Shown: in pieces, positions 36,638-50,182 of the stretch
Layout of the letters: each line of letters starts with the position of its first letter
Numbering within the stretch: position 1 is the first letter of the stretch
NCBI GenBank assembly: GCA_965178125.1
Contig: OZ237748.1
Coordinates: forward strand, 496,001-560,000
Direction: 5' to 3'
From: Bilabrum cf. latius
Lineage: Eukaryota
DNA length: 64,000 nucleotides
The notes under the pieces: generated by a model
Database searches by the model: none
Seen by the model: only the letters and a program-made list of their open reading frames with translations
Told to the model about the DNA's origin: nothing
Made by a program: the position numbers and the translations under genes

Positions 36638-38762
36638 ATGAACAAGTCGTATGTCTGGAACATGATCCTAAACCTCTCAATCGAGCACCTGTCGCAAAAC
36701 CGCAGCGTAGTGCAAGAATTTGAAGTTTTCGGCGGAACGTTGGACGCACCGGTTCCGTTCAAAATTGTTTGCGGCAGATGTGGATTCTCACAGACATCCA
36801 GGACGGAGAAGGTAGCACTCCATTTCCTGCAAGCCATCGCAAATGCTAAAATGCGAGGAGCAAACGTTGTTCATACTGAGCTCAAACACATCATCAGGTA
36901 CTGCCTCACGGCGTTCTTCAAGGTATCCGGGACATTTTCGCAGTTGGAAGCAGCCTCGAGCAGCGGGCTGCCTGTAGGATTCCCAACGTACCGGGAGTGG
37001 GTTCAGCTGAAGCCATATAGGGATTTCGGCCAGTGTCCGATCACGCATGTTCTGTCCGAGAGTGCTATCCGTATTTACTTCGGAGACGAGTAGCAAAACC
37101 TAGGGCACGGGGCACTGCTCAGGCGAGAGGCCGCGCGCACCAGTCCGGCCTCATCAGACACGGATGCTGTGGCTGGGCTCCTCCTCGAGTCTCCCACGTT
37201 CAGGAAGGTACTTGGACTGATAATGTCCGCTGAGAATATGCCGGCGACTGCTTGGGATAGAGCCCCTGAGGAGCGCAGTGGAGCTGCGATACGGATGGCA
37301 GGGGTCGAGCCTGAATCTGAGTCTACGATGAGCGCGCCAATGGGATCATGCCTTTCAAGAAGTTCTGCAAGAAGCATGAGTCGGAGCAGGAGCCAAAGCG
37401 CTAGCCGGAGCAGCGTTGAGGCCAGCGATGACAGCAGCGATGACAGCAGCGATGACGACTCGAGCAATCAGAAGGGCGGCAATCAGCTCGAGCCCGAGTC
37501 TGAGGAGTGCTTGATGGAACGGCTATGGCCGATGCGGAGAGACAGCGGCAAGAGTAAGGAGGAAACGGACCAAGTGCGAGAGGACAGGCGATGGATGAAG
37601 GCATGGCCAGATGAAGATAAGCTGAAGAAAAGGCTAAAGCGCGGGGCCAATATCAACCATCGCTTCACAATGGTGAGTTCAATACACTTTGGCTGTATTT
37701 GATTACCATCGCCAGGCACAAGTCGCTCGGCCATATGATGCCGTTACTTGGAGCAGTTGAACGTCTGAATGAGCGATATTTGTCTGCCTGGACGTAGTTG
37801 TGCTTCCTAAGCATTCTGTGCTGACTAAAACCGCAGACTGGTGGCACCTTGCTGCATTTGGCCGCAAATTGCGGCAAACTTGCTATACTAGATTTTCTCT
37901 TTTCGGCAGGAATTCAGCATTGGATTAAAAATCGCGTGAGACGTATACATTCAGTCCGGATCAGACTGGTCTGCACAGTTCGATGCACCAGCCAAAGTTT
38001 TGTCTAATTGTTCCTATAACAACTCTGTTGTTAGCATAGCATGTGATCAGCAGGTACTCGATTCGCATGTCTCTCGCGCAGGATGGCCTCACTGCACTTG
38101 AGCTTGCGCGCACCCAGCGAAACTCTCTGACCGCCCGACGTATAGAGGCCAAGGTACGCCAGCAGAAAATCCACGCGATGCTGCGGTAGAGGCGGGCGCA
38201 CGAGGCCAGCAGGGACACGAGTTTCATTTTCACAGCCGCTGCGAACGGATGGCCCATGGAACTAGAAAAGAGACTGAGGCTGGGCAAGCTGGCGGGGGGG
38301 CTCAGAATGTGCGGCTGGTTGTAGACAGCGAAAGGGCAGCTGATCAGCTGCACACCTTTAGAGGCTGCTCAGCTTGGTGGCCATGAGGAGTGCGAGAAGA
38401 TTATCCAAAATGCTCTCAATCAGACGTCTCACAAGGCGGCACTGTGTAGGCGGACTCAAGTGCATCACCCCCGCCTATGCCGATTGCCTTGCTCTTGGAT
38501 TCTGCTCGACGAGCGCGTTCGCCAGTGGGAGCAGAGGGTGCTTCCCATGGGCTTGCAGGTGTGGACCGTGCCGTATGCGATCCCCACACCAGAAGGTGAA
38601 CATGCACATGCTGACAATGACAAAGGCCGACAGGATGATAAGAGATCGTCCAGTGGAGAGGAGCAAGGCTACAGCGTGGCATGGGAGGCGGATGCCATGT
38701 GGGCCCAGCTGTCGAAGAATTGGTTCGGGGGGAAGGACCGGGGCAAAGCCGTGCGTGATTGA
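36638..38762 (+). CDS. Ankyrin family B2, tandem paralogue of B1; exons ~36638-37672, 37837-37935, 38082-38762
   Basis: Same domain order and intron positions as B1. TAG at 37091, 38187, 38322; ends TGA. Confidence 0.76.
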
Positions 38763-39115
38763 TAGATCAATCTATGTGTGACGCTGAATACCAGGACCAC
38801 TTGCTGAGAAGGACAGTGGACCAGGTTCATGAGGAGTCCAGGCGCTGGACGAACTCGGTCGGAGATTAATGCTCTAGTCGGGGAAGGATCTTGTGATCGA
38901 CTGGCGAGGTGCTATTCCAGTTGGAGTCTACACTGGGGAAAAAGAGAGATCAGCCTCTGCGCTAGGCAGGATTAGCAAAGAAATACAGAAGCAGCCTAAG
39001 CCAGTAGCTTTCTTCTCTGGCACGGCCTGCGACGCCAAGATGCGCTGGAAGCTCTGGGCACAACGACCAGTCCACAGCTGAATTCAGATGAGTCGCAGGC
39101 CCAATCCACATCCAT

Positions 39116-39720
39116 TCACATGAACTTCGCGTCTCTCAAAATATCCTCCGCCTTGTAGTGCCCGCGTATACTCAAGCTACTTCGCCATGCAGGCTCCATA
39201 CGCCTGGCATACTCGTTCAAAACCGCTCTCCAATAGCACATGATGCCTGAGAATGTTAGATATTCGTGAGCAAACCGAGCTGACGCCTGTGCCATAGCCT
39301 GTGCTTCCGCAGGGTGACCCTGCAGGTACGTGATAGCCTCACTCACGTTGCAAAGGCTTGCAGTCTAGCACGCGAACGGCATAGAGTGCTTGTATGGCTC
39401 GAGACCCACGTGGTACCACTCTCTACATTTAGAATTTTCGATAAGTACTGTAGATCCTGAGCCGAGGATCTTCTGTAGTCGATAGCTGTAGGTATTCCCC
39501 CCCGTGTGGATGAGGTACTTCCAGTAAGCTTCCTGTGGGACCTTCTCATCGCAGTTCCCTTCCCCCCGCGTCGTCCGCGCTATCATCGTTTCCTTCTGCT
39601 ACTTCCTCGTCGAGCTGATCCTGTCTGTCGAGTTCGTCTCGTCCCCTCCAGCGCACGGCACTCGACCGTCCAGCTCCCTTGGCCACTTGCTGCCCCACTC
39701 CCGCTGCCGGCTCCTTCGTC
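39116..39720 (-). CDS. Glycosyltransferase family 90 (CAP10/POGLUT-like) C-terminal portion; 5' part not resolved, possibly a pseudogene fragment
   Basis: WKYLIHTGGNTYSYRLQKILGSGSTVL...EWYHVGLEPYKH...AITYLQGHPAEAQAMAQ...FAHEYLT...CYWRAVLNEYA. TAG 39365-7 joins ORFs 39365..39586 and 39116..39346 in frame; ends TGA. Confidence 0.7.
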
Positions 39721-39754
39721 TTCTACCTTGTATACTTCTGCTTCTGCTTCTACT

Positions 39755-39925
39755 TCACACCCTTTGTCTGCTTCTTGCCTCCCTACTGCTCCCGCCTGCA
39801 GGGCCTCACTTTCACACCCTTTGTCTGCTTCTCGCCTCCCTACTGCTCCCGCCTGCAGTGCCTCACTTTCACACCATTTTTCTGCTTCTTGCCTCCCTAC
39901 TGCTCCCGCCTGCAGGGCCTCACTG
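39755..39925. repeat. 57-bp tandem repeat, 3 copies
   Basis: CCTCCCTACTGCTCCCGCCTGCAG recurs three times at 57-bp spacing. Confidence 0.85.
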
Positions 39926-40503
39926 CTCCGCAGACTCGGGTGGGCCTTTGCTCTCCTCCACCGGTGTCGCCAACTCGGCTGCGGCTGCCCCGGCCCCCTA
40001 CCTGTCCAAAGGGGCTGCTGCCTCTGGAGCTGCACCTCTGCTCCCAGCTGTCCAAGTCGCCTAGCAGTTTCCTTCACCCCGCTGGCCTCGTGCAGCATCC
40101 CAATGGACCATCGACCACCAGCAAAGGCTTTTTAACGCGAGCGCAGTTGCATCGTTCAGGAATCAGTCAATCCGTCAATGCACGACAACGAAGCGGAGGC
40201 TAGCAACCATACAGTATGGCATGGGTGTGATGTACACATCAAAGCACCCAAGGTAGAAGTATGGGGCAAGAATAGGCCAACAGGGGGACGTGGACAGCTA
40301 GAAGGGTTTGAAACGGCTCAAGCGAATCTGCCTTGTCTTCGACGGCTGCTCCTGGGAGCACGGGGAGTTGGACCTTGATTTGGAGCTCGAAGCGATTCCT
40401 TCTCAGAGAAGGTTCGGCACCGTCAAATCCTGTGGACTTTTGCCCTACCTGCAGATATATCAAACAGGAATTCGTACTCAAACACTGCTACTGCTATTCT
40501 ACG

Positions 40504-42261
40504 ATGTGAGGCCTTTGGATTGTGGGAAAGGTGTAGTACGGTGGATCGTTCGAGATTACTGCCAAACACCTTCTACTCTTTGATATCCACAGGTCTAATT
40601 CGGTGGTCAAGGCAGCTCAAAGAGGTGATGTAGAAATGCTTAAAGCTGCTCTACGCTCAGGTGCATCGCCAGACTAGGTAGGCAAGGTGAGGGCTTAGCA
40701 TGCTGCTGTTGACGTAGGCACAGGCCAATTCTTGCTTTCTCCTAGGCCTATTGAATTATGCAATTGCACTGTTGCGTGTTTTTTTGCGTACATACATCAC
40801 AGGCGTATTCTGGGTATTCTAACACAGACATGACTGCTCTGCACTGGGCTGCCTTTCATAAGCACTCAGGCTGCCTGCAACTCCTTGTCAATACAGATGG
40901 CAATGTGCATGCTGTGGATAGCGTGAGGGAATTAATGGATATTACCAGATTCATTTGATCGAGTTCGCTCCATGGCGTTGTTGTTGCTCTATCGGTGCGA
41001 GACCCTTGGCGATTCTGAAGGGAGCCGCCCAGCTGAGCCTATGCCTGTCTGTGCGATGACCGGGCCCGGGCCGTCAGTCAGTGCATGGCGGTCAGGGCGA
41101 AATGTAACGCGCCGTGCTTTCCCGTCTAGAAATCTGTACCTGCGTGTATGCGCAGGTTGGTCTCACACCACTTCACTGGGCGCTGGTGTCTGGCGACTAC
41201 AAGTGTGTCCGAATCCTCGTGAATGCTGGCTCCGACCTGTCGGCCCGTACCGCCGTGAGTGTCATGCACCATCGAGTAGAGTGCAGTATCCTAAGCCTAT
41301 GAATATTCTCTTGGAGGCGAGAGTCACTGCGTCGCACCCGGGGGGGCGGGGGCGGGGGCGGGGGAGGGGAGGGAGTGCCATCGATCCGGCAGTCGCATGC
41401 ACCGATGAATATGCAGACACGCGAGACACGCGATGATCCCATCCGTTCCCGCGCACGCACTTACACCCCGCAGCCCGAATACAACAACACGCCGCTTCAC
41501 ACAGCTGCCGTCAATGGGCATTATCGGTGCGCAAAGCTGCTTCTGCGAAGAGGAGCCGATCGAAAGGCTGTTAACCGTGTAAGAGCACAATGGAAATCTA
41601 CCCGTCCGTTTGTGGGGCAACCCGATGCATGTGGAGGTGAACACTATATTTGTGCACTGCATGCAGCCTATACAACCGCATGTCGCTTCCTGGAGTGAAA
41701 TGATACACGTGGCGGGCGTAACCTCCATACGTTGCTCGTGCCCCTGCACACTCTACACGGCCGCAGTCAGAGGGGCTTACTCCAGCTGGGCGAGCAAGAA
41801 AGGCGGGGCATCACAAAGTAACAAAACTGATTGAGACGTACAAGCCCAGGTCCTTGCGCATGGTTCAATGGCGGCGTGCAATCGAGGTGCGACGCGATGC
41901 ATCGATGGTGTTCAGGGCAGCGAGCTAGGGCAGGCCCATGGAGCTAGAAAAGAGGCTGAGGCTGGGCAAGCTGGCCGGCGGGCATATAGCTCGTGGATTC
42001 ACTCCTTCCGGATTCTATGTGTCCCCACTAGAGGCAGCGGCTCTCGAAGGGCATGACGAGTGCATCCGGGTGCTATAGGGCGCGGGAGCTCCCATGCCGG
42101 GCGGCGGCTTCAACAAGATCGTCATCGAGCACCGCAAAATGAAACGGTCGGGCGAGGCACCGGAAGGGAGCCGAGCTGATTTGGCTAGCACAGTCTCCAG
42201 GCTAGCTGCGAGGGTACAGTCACTTGAAGAGCAGGTAGCACGCCTTGGATCTCCGAGCTAA
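40504..42261 (+). CDS. Divergent ankyrin-repeat protein A5 with short coiled-coil-like tail (multi-exon)
   Basis: AT 40504-5|GTGAGG; exons start ~40593, 40803, 41156, 41474, 41767. TALHWAA, TPLHWAL, TPLHTAAVNGH, RLRLGKL module. TAG at ~40675, 41926, 42076; ends TAA. Confidence 0.8.
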
Positions 42262-44669
42262 AGTGAGGAGCACGACTCTCAGACACCTGGCCATTCACCA
42301 CAAGGGGTCAGCCTACTCGAAAGAATGGAACGCAAGGAGGGAGCGGGGGTGCGACGGGCAACCTTGCTAAAGGCATCTGGACCATGGTGAACTGTGGACA
42401 TGAACAACACAGCTGGCAAGGTGGACGACTGGTGGTGGTGGGTGCTGGTCAAGTGCAGCATCCGATCAGCCTTCATCCATGGGTGGATCGCAGGATATTC
42501 CGCGTGCTGGCACTAGGCCAAATATCCATATCTCAAGGCATGATTGACGTCTAGTTTCATCTGGATGCACAAGCATCCTAACTATAATCATATCCGGATT
42601 ATCGCTGCCCTTCCGGAATCCGGATGTCAAGTATTGACGGCCCAACCTCAGCCACTCCCAGGAGCAGTGAAGACTCACCGGCTCACCGCAGCCTCTCCCA
42701 GGAGCAGTGAAGACTCAGAGATGAATCCGAGGATGGCTTCGCCAGCCGCAGGACAGGAGCAGGCGACGCCGTACCCGCCTCTGATTGCTATTGGCCCCAC
42801 GCGTCGCCCCATCCTACCCTCGCCTTCGGGGTGGACGAAGAGCGACCCGATTCGTGCCGCCGTCCTGGCCTGTGTGAATGCGCTGGCCGGGGACCTCTGG
42901 CAGCAGGGGCAGCATCGGCAGTGGCGGCAGTGGTCGCCTAGGATTCGCCTTTGGGGTGCACAGCAGCAGCAAAGCCTGGTGCTGCATCCGCTGCATCACC
43001 GACCTCGTGGATGCTGCCTCCGACAGCGAGGTTGCTGTCTGGCGCGACCTTGGAAGTTGAATAATCCACGCCAAAAATTCCCCGGGCCTGTTGAAGGCGA
43101 GGACGCATTGCTGTTGAACTTCGGCAGTGCCTTTCCCGTGGCTCGGCCTCGTCGGCTCCTTGGCTGGCAGCGAGCGCCGACGGGCTACTGTGGGGCTTCG
43201 TTCTGACTCCCGCAGCGACTCCGCCATCTGGAAACCGGTGCTCCGCATACTGCACCCGCCTGCTCATCTTCATCTTCATCTAATTTCCCTCCTCCAGGTC
43301 CCATCCGAGGAGGATGCGCCTCCTTCGACTTGAATAGTGCCGAGGGCTTCCTACAGCCGATTGAACGGGGCTACCGTCACCGCTCACGGTGTAAGGTTGG
43401 TCGAATAATAATTGCAAGGCAGGATTGCTGTTGTTCGATGAGCTGCCGCTGCCTGGCTGCAGCTGGCAGCCGAATCCATCGTCCGGGCTCAGATCGGCGT
43501 GTCGGATCGGCCGTTCGCCGTATCTCGCGCCGATTTGTCCTCTTGCTGCCGATAGTTGCGACCAATGCCCTTGAAAAGGTATTCGCCCGTTTTTTTTCGA
43601 TTTAGATGACTTGAGGAGCCATTTTGTGGTCGGTCCTGGTCCTGCGGAACAATGGAAGCGGGCGGCGGCTCGGATTTATTGCCCGTCGTCAGGAACACAA
43701 GATTCGACATCAGGAACATTTTTCGGATCAGCGACCCATCACCGACAAATACCTGTGCCGCGGAGACAGCTGCGAACGACTCACTTCTACCAGCAATATC
43801 TGAATTTGAATTAGCATCTATTCGACCTGCGGCAGTACCGGCGACTATGACGTCCTCTGTGGTTCTTTCCCGTTCAGACTATTCCGGCCCTGCTATGAAT
43901 TCTAGGGCAGGGGATACAACATCACTAGCAAATGCAACGAAAAATTGAATACAATTTTACAAAATATAATTGGAGCAGACGTTACGAGCCGACGCGGGGC
44001 CATATAGCGACGCAGGCGTTTGGGTGAATACTCGAAAGACCACCCGATCATATCGTACGGCAATCTAGGGTGGGGCTAGACATGTTTCCGGGCAGATGCA
44101 AATAATATCATAATATTATTTCATATGCTCCCTTTCGCAACAACGGTGACCTTGGAATCCGAGCCTCACCCATTGTGGTCGCTCCCACCGGCTGCTGTGA
44201 TGCTGTGTTCGCAACGGGATTTGACGCATGCCCTGGGGAGCCCACGTCGCGAACTGCGTGTTCAACTGAATTATCGGAAGTACTAACACACGATCCCATG
44301 GGATTTGTATTGCGGCGGAGTGTAGGCCTCAGCGTCTCTGTCAACCTGGTGACAACAAATCCTTCGATTCACTTGTCTTCATCTTTCAAAGATCGAGTCA
44401 AGGCAACGGCAAGCGATCCTCGACCGCACGTCCGGCAAGGCGAAACAAGCACCTCACACTCATCCTCAACATACAGCATCTCTTGATACGACCAGCAGCC
44501 GCCGGGCAAATCGATGCTGCACTCGCCAAGCAGGTGCGTATTGTGTCCTGACCGCTACTCGCAGGGGCTGGTCGGAAAACTCGTCGTGTAAGCGCCAGAC
44601 CTATTGCAAATCGTGACACTGGCTGAGCCACGTGCATTCCAAAGTATAGCAGCAAAACGGAATTCAACC

Positions 44670-45640
44670 TCCACCACCGCCTCATCCTCCCTGCCCCCCC
44701 CTCCCATCCCGAGGGCCACATCCAGGCCTCGTGCCACCACCGCCTCATCCTCCCTGCCCCCCCCTCCCATCCCGAGGGCCACATCCAGGCCTCGTGCCAC
44801 CACCGCCGCATCCTCCCTGCCCCCCCCTCCCATCCCGAGGGCCACATCCAGGCCTCGTGCCACCACCGCCGCATCCTCCCTGCCCCCCCCTTCCATCCCG
44901 AGGACCACATCCAGGCCTCGTGCCACCACCGCCGCATCCTCCCTGCCCCCCCCTTCCATCCCGAGGACCACATCCAGGCCTCGTGCCACCACCGCCTCAT
45001 CCTCCCTGCCCCCCCCTCCCATACCGAGGACCACATCCAGGCCTCGTGCCACCACCGCCTCATCCTTCCTGCCCCCCCCTCCCATACCAAGGGCCACATC
45101 CAGGCCTCGTGCCACCACCGCCGCATCCTCCCTGCCCCCCCCTTCCATCCCGAGGACCACATCCAGGCCTCGTGCCACCACCGCCTCATCCTCCCTGCCC
45201 CCCTCTCCCATACCGAGGGCCACATCCAGGCCTCGTGCCACCACCGCCTCATCCTCCCTGCCCCCCCCTCCCATCCCGAGGGCCACATCCAGGCCTCGTG
45301 CCACCACCGCCTCATCCTCCCTGCCCCCCCCTCCCATCCCGAGGGCCACATCCAGGCCTCGTGCCACCACCGCCTCATCCTCCCTGCCCCCCCCTCCCAT
45401 ACCGAGGGCCACATCCAGGCCTCGTGCCACCACCGCCTCATCCTCCCTGCCCCCCCTCCCATCCCGAGGGCCACATCCAGGCCTCGTGCCACCACCGCCT
45501 CATCCTCCCTGCCCCCCCCTCCCATACCGAGGACCACATCCAGGCCTCGTGCCACCACCGCCACATCCTCCCTGCCCCACCCTCCCATCCCGAGGGCCAC
45601 ATCTAGGCCTCGTGCCACCACCGCCTCATCCTACCTGCCC
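44670..45640 (-). repeat. 63-bp minisatellite, ~15 copies, G-rich on the minus strand, immediately 3' of the GH43 stop
   Basis: CCACCACCGCCTCATCCTCCCTGCCCCCCCCTCCCATCCCGAGGGCCACATCCAGGCCTCGTG repeated. Confidence 0.95.
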
Positions 45641-45646
45641 TCCCGT

Positions 45647-46741
45647 TCAGTAAAGCAGATCGAGAGTGAAGCTGTCCAGCCATCGAAATGGAAGGATGTC
45701 CCCGTTCGCATTGAACTCCAGTGGCTGCCAGTACTGGAGGTCTGTCCGGATCTGGTACCCGTTCGCGAACGTTCGCTGGCACGCGGGGGAGGACGCGTGC
45801 CCGCACATGTCCATGCAACCGGGATCCGCGTGCGGCCCCGACAGCCACCTGTGACCGATGGCCACCAATGCGCTGCCACCACCGGCCAGCGGCAGCTCAG
45901 AAATGCCGAACCACTGCGCGGGGATTGTGGCCGGCTGCCCCTGCCCGCAGAACGGCACTCCCTTCTGTTTGCAGTTCACGTCTCCGCTGGGTGACTGCCG
46001 CTCCCACGGCCCTGAGACGCTCCTCGACTTGAACACCACGAAACCGGAACCCTCCGCGCAGGCGCAGCAGGTGCGCCCGTACACCGCGTAGTACCATCCC
46101 CCCCTTTTGAACAAGGAAGCCCCCTCCACCATGCCGTCGGGGAAGAACCCACGCCCCACCAGCCGCTTCGAGCTCTCGAGGTAGTCTGGCTCCAGCGCCT
46201 CGATCGACGCCTGATGCCCGTCGTCCGTGGCAGAGAAAATCACGTATCCTCTCCCGTCATCGTCAATCATCAGGGCGTTGCCGTCCGTGCGCCCGCCCAG
46301 CCGAGATGTCATGGCAGTGCGCTGCACCTCGAAGCGCGTCCCGTTCTGGCTCGTGGCGCTCGCCCAGTCGCCGTGCCCGTACCAAGCGACGAAATTTCGC
46401 GTGCTGGCGTTGTAAAAGACGTACGGAACCCACGTGCTCGGCTGGTTGGTCGCGCCGGCGAGCATGCTGCCGCGATCCTCCCAGTGCACGGCGTCCGTGG
46501 ACGTGTAGACGCTGAGCTCCGGGTTCGGATACCAGTCCTTGACGAATCCGGTTGCGTTTGAATACCTTTCACCGTACAGATAATACGTGCCGGCGTGCGC
46601 GACGAGAATCCCATCGAAGCAATCCACGGGGTTGCCGTTCGTGTCGACCATCGGCCTGTCGTTGTAAAACGTCACATTTCTGGAGTAGACCATGCGCAAT
46701 GCAACTATAAACACAAATGGAATTACAGAAGCTAACCGCAT
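45647..46741 (-). CDS. Secreted glycoside hydrolase family 43 (resembles the subfamily 24 galactanase-like group), intronless
   Basis: Signal-like MRLASVIPFVFIVAL; GTYYLYGE, VYTSTDAVHWEDRG, LMIDDDGRGYVIFS, EGASLFKRGGWYYAVYGRTCCAC; ends TGA. Confidence 0.82.
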   Translation of the reverse strand: MRLASVIPFVFIVALRMVYSRNVTFYNDRPMVDTNGNPVDCFDGILVAHAGTYYLYGERYSNATGFVKDWYPNPELSVYTSTDAVHWEDRGSMLAGATNQPSTWVPYVFYNASTRNFVAWYGHGDWASATSQNGTRFEVQRTAMTSRLGGRTDGNALMIDDDGRGYVIFSATDDGHQASIEALEPDYLESSKRLVGRGFFPDGMVEGASLFKRGGWYYAVYGRTCCACAEGSGFVVFKSRSVSGPWERQSPSGDVNCKQKGVPFCGQGQPATIPAQWFGISELPLAGGGSALVAIGHRWLSGPHADPGCMDMCGHASSPACQRTFANGYQIRTDLQYWQPLEFNANGDILPFRWLDSFTLDLLY

Positions 46742-47119
46742 TGTAATACTTGCTGTCAACGCGTCGTGGTGAAACAAGGAAAACGAGCTTGATGCTTCGT
46801 CGTCACACTCTGCCATCCCGAGAATCCGATTCGTTGGGTTGGTTGGCCCAGCCCGGCCACTGCCGGCATCGTGCTAAACCCATACGCTAGTAGGCAAAAC
46901 ACAACAATTTCTCCGAACCTCCTCACTGCCTCCTCCAGCTCCCCGCAATCCTTGACCATGCAAGCCGCATACCCATCCGACCCATCCCCCCGCCAAGCAA
47001 AGCTGCCCCCTACCGTGGGGAGCAGGCCCATTGGCTCGTATCAAAAAGGCTGGCCATCGATATGTCATTCAGCGCACACCCAGCCATGTCACAGGTCGGT
47101 CTCACTGCACACGCACTCC

Positions 47120-49059
47120 TCACGCCGAATCCCCTGTCGCCTCCTCCAGCAGCTTCACGCAATCATCGTGCCCCGCCACCCTGGCTGCTTCGATTGGTAG
47201 CACTAGTCGAGGCCTTCCGTCTGCCATGGTTACCGTTCCTGTAATATCTAACCCACCGGCCAGCTTGCCCAGCTTCAGCCTCCTGGCCAGCTCCAGTGGC
47301 CTGCCCTCACTCGCTGCCGGGAAGACCATCTGAGCATCTCTCTTGGCCTCCACTGCCCTCCTCCAGCACATGGCGCTTCGGACACGTGATGGAACAAACG
47401 ACCTTATGGTCTGAGCGGTCTCGGGCCAGCCCTCATAAATTGCATGCTCGGCGGGAGTGTTACCATGCTGCTCGATCAAGGAAGGGTATGAGAGGGGCAG
47501 AGGGGAGGGCGTGTGGGGGGCGGCGGGAAACATTCATCATTGGGTAGCGTGATGGCTAGGTGGGAATCAAGAGATGTTGCCATGCATCTGTTTAAGCTTA
47601 CTTTATTCTTAATGTCCCTGCGGGCCCCTGCCTCCATGAGGATGGTTGCGCAGGCGGTGTGGCCGAAGACTGCTGCACAATGTAGGGGGGTGGTCCCGCT
47701 CTGCGGGTGACTCAGAGGGTACGGGAGGGTGATCACGCAATCCGATCGTTATAAAGAGTCGCTTGGAAAGTGTCTTCGAGCTTAATGCATACAATGTCTC
47801 TGCATTTGGTGTGGGATTACGTTCACTATTATGACTGAGGCCCAATCCGGTAACACTACGGATGAATATTCCAGCGGGTCTCGGACCCAGGAGCCGACAT
47901 CGGCAGACAAATCAACTCACAAACTAATCCAGCACAAGCGCACAAGCAAGCACAAGAACGACCTCTTCATATCTCACCCTATTAACCGCATTCACATCAC
48001 CCCCAGCCTCAATTAGCACAGCCAGACACTCCACATGCGCACTGTAGGATGCACAATGAGCGGGAGTGATGCCGTTCTGCGGGAAGGGGGGCGGGAGAGG
48101 AGGGGCAGGGGAAGCAGAGGATGTGAGCTTGGGGTACGAGTGGTCGAGTGTGTGCGGGTATGCCTGGGACGGGCAAAGGTCTCGAATGGACTCTAGCCCT
48201 AGGGGTAGCGTTGCCCGAATGGTCACTCCGAGCCATTTCATTACTGACCGAAGAACAGATGCAAACTAGCAGTAGCAGTGCAAATCCACGCTCGTCAGAC
48301 CGCAAGGACACCGGCATATGTGCTATCAAATCCCACATGCCCGCCCTGTTGGGCAGGCAGCCTGTCTCTCTCTCACGTCCCTGACGACGTTCACGTTGGC
48401 GCCCCTCTCGATGAGCAACTCCAGGCAGTCCGCCTTGCCTGCCCATGCCGCCTAATATGCTGCTGTCCTACCTTCCTGCGGTGTGACGATGAAAGGCCGG
48501 ATCTTGAAAATGGCATGTACCCGGTGAGGCTGGCGGGGCGACTGCCAGCTATCTGTGCCACAGATCGCTGGCAACAAGCTGCAACGTCCAAAATTCAAGT
48601 ATACTGGCGATCCAATGCCGACGTGAAGCGGTACTGGTCGGTAAATGACGACCAGGCATGCCCTACACAATGGAAATTCGGCTCAATTCGGCTCCTTGAC
48701 ATCTCGCGCATGGTCCTGGCGAGCGATACTAGCTATACTGATACAACTATATTCACGAAGCCTAGTTAATACATTGGATCTCACGGTATCTTTGGATTCG
48801 ATGTCCGATCCCGAATCCAGGCAGGCCCTCAAGTCGTCCAACTTGCCATTCTTGGCAGCTTCTCGCAGTGCGTCTCCCCTGCGAACTTTAAATATTGCAT
48901 TGGTTGCGCTAAATAGAGTCAAACGGATAGAATCAACCGAGAGATCCCAACGCACCACGAACACGAAGAATCAGGGCAGCAGCAACGTATGCATCAGTAT
49001 CAGACTCATGTATACCGATGTTCAAGTCGTTCCTCCCCGTTCTAAATCTGATCTCACAT
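47120..49059 (-). CDS. Ankyrin-repeat protein A6 (multi-exon)
   Basis: AT 49059-8|GTGAGA; exons start ~48878, 48475, 48076, 47700, 47467. TAG 48452-4; ends TGA. Confidence 0.8.
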
Positions 49060-49748
49060 CTGAAACAATTACTATAGCCAGTCGGATGCCTTCCAAGCAG
49101 TTGTATGATCGATTAATTTTTTCCGGATTCCAAAATAGCACATTTCAAATAATTAATGCAGATTTCACCAAAGGCAACTGCGTTGCGAATCTCGATTTAT
49201 CGGGTCAATCAAATGAATTCGATCAGGATGTTCATTCATATTATTCAGTAGTCAATCTTAATCGAAAAACTGTCGGATATTACCTGGTTACGAACCAAAA
49301 ACAAGCGATTTGGCCAAAACTTAAGCAGACCTACGCCAGTTGCGATGCAGCTCAGTACTGACCTCGTACTGGAGGTAGCCGGAACATCTGAATGTCAAAC
49401 TTGTATTTGCATGTACCATAGCTTCCTGGAATACCTGGTCTAATGACTGTGGGTCTGCCTGCAGAGCGCTAGATGCACGCATTGACTGCACTCTAGGGGC
49501 TATCAGTTTTGTGTGGTATGTGGCGCGTAGGGAAAACCCAATAAGTAACCATGCTAAATCATTGGAAAACAGTTGTCACAGCAAGCTAGTAATGGCCCGA
49601 GCCACCATTTGCAGGCAAGCTCCAGACCAGGTTCCACATCAGGATCCCATGGTTTAGCCTAAGCACATCATGATCCAGCCGCTGGTGGCACCTGCCCCAG
49701 CACGACATTCATCATTCGAAAAGAAGATCCTCATAATCCTCACACCAC

Positions 49749-50180
49749 TCACGTGGGTCGATCGAAGTGCATCCTCCCAGATGCGGGATGCATGTAAACC
49801 ACACGGCCCCCCATGGACCCCTTCTCCCACCCCTCGGGCAGCGGGTCCTACGCCGCCGATGCCATGGACGAACGCGCAGCAGTCGCTGCTCCACTGGCAG
49901 AGCTTTCTCCCTCGCCCTAGTTCCCTTTGATTGCTTGCGCGGGTCCGCTTTTAAAGCGCCTTTCGAATTGCTTAAGGAGCTGGTTGTAACCGGGCCCGAT
50001 GTCAGGCAAGCTAGCAGCCAGCAGAGCATCCACTCTTCATGGCCCATGAGGATAACGTGCGGATTGGGGGCCCCTGCCAGGCAAATTGTGCGTGGCTAAG
50101 TGATGGTTTATGGTCTTATTCAATATTGGATCGTCGCGCCCACTCAGCCTGGCTGCCTCCAGTGGAAGCACCGGCCTAGA
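49749..50180 (-). pseudogene. Frameshifted relic of an A1-type tail (second module plus WW domain) downstream of the A7 stop
   Basis: Near-identical to 16105-16416 (MASAA*DPLPEGWEKGSMGGRVVYMHPASGRMHFDRPT-TGA) but out of frame with MGHEE and lying after the TGA of A7. Confidence 0.7.
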
Positions 50181-50182
50181 CC

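Noticed and set aside
42400-44600. Possible low-complexity gene(s), including an MGSCVS acylation-like start at ~44298 on the minus strand
   Set aside because: Several competing frames, no recognisable domain and no confident exon chain.
44398-45653. ORFs of 291-407 aa over the 63-bp repeat, and the ORFs over the 30.5-31.3 kb and 60-64 kb arrays
   Set aside because: Open in multiple frames on both strands purely because of repeat composition.
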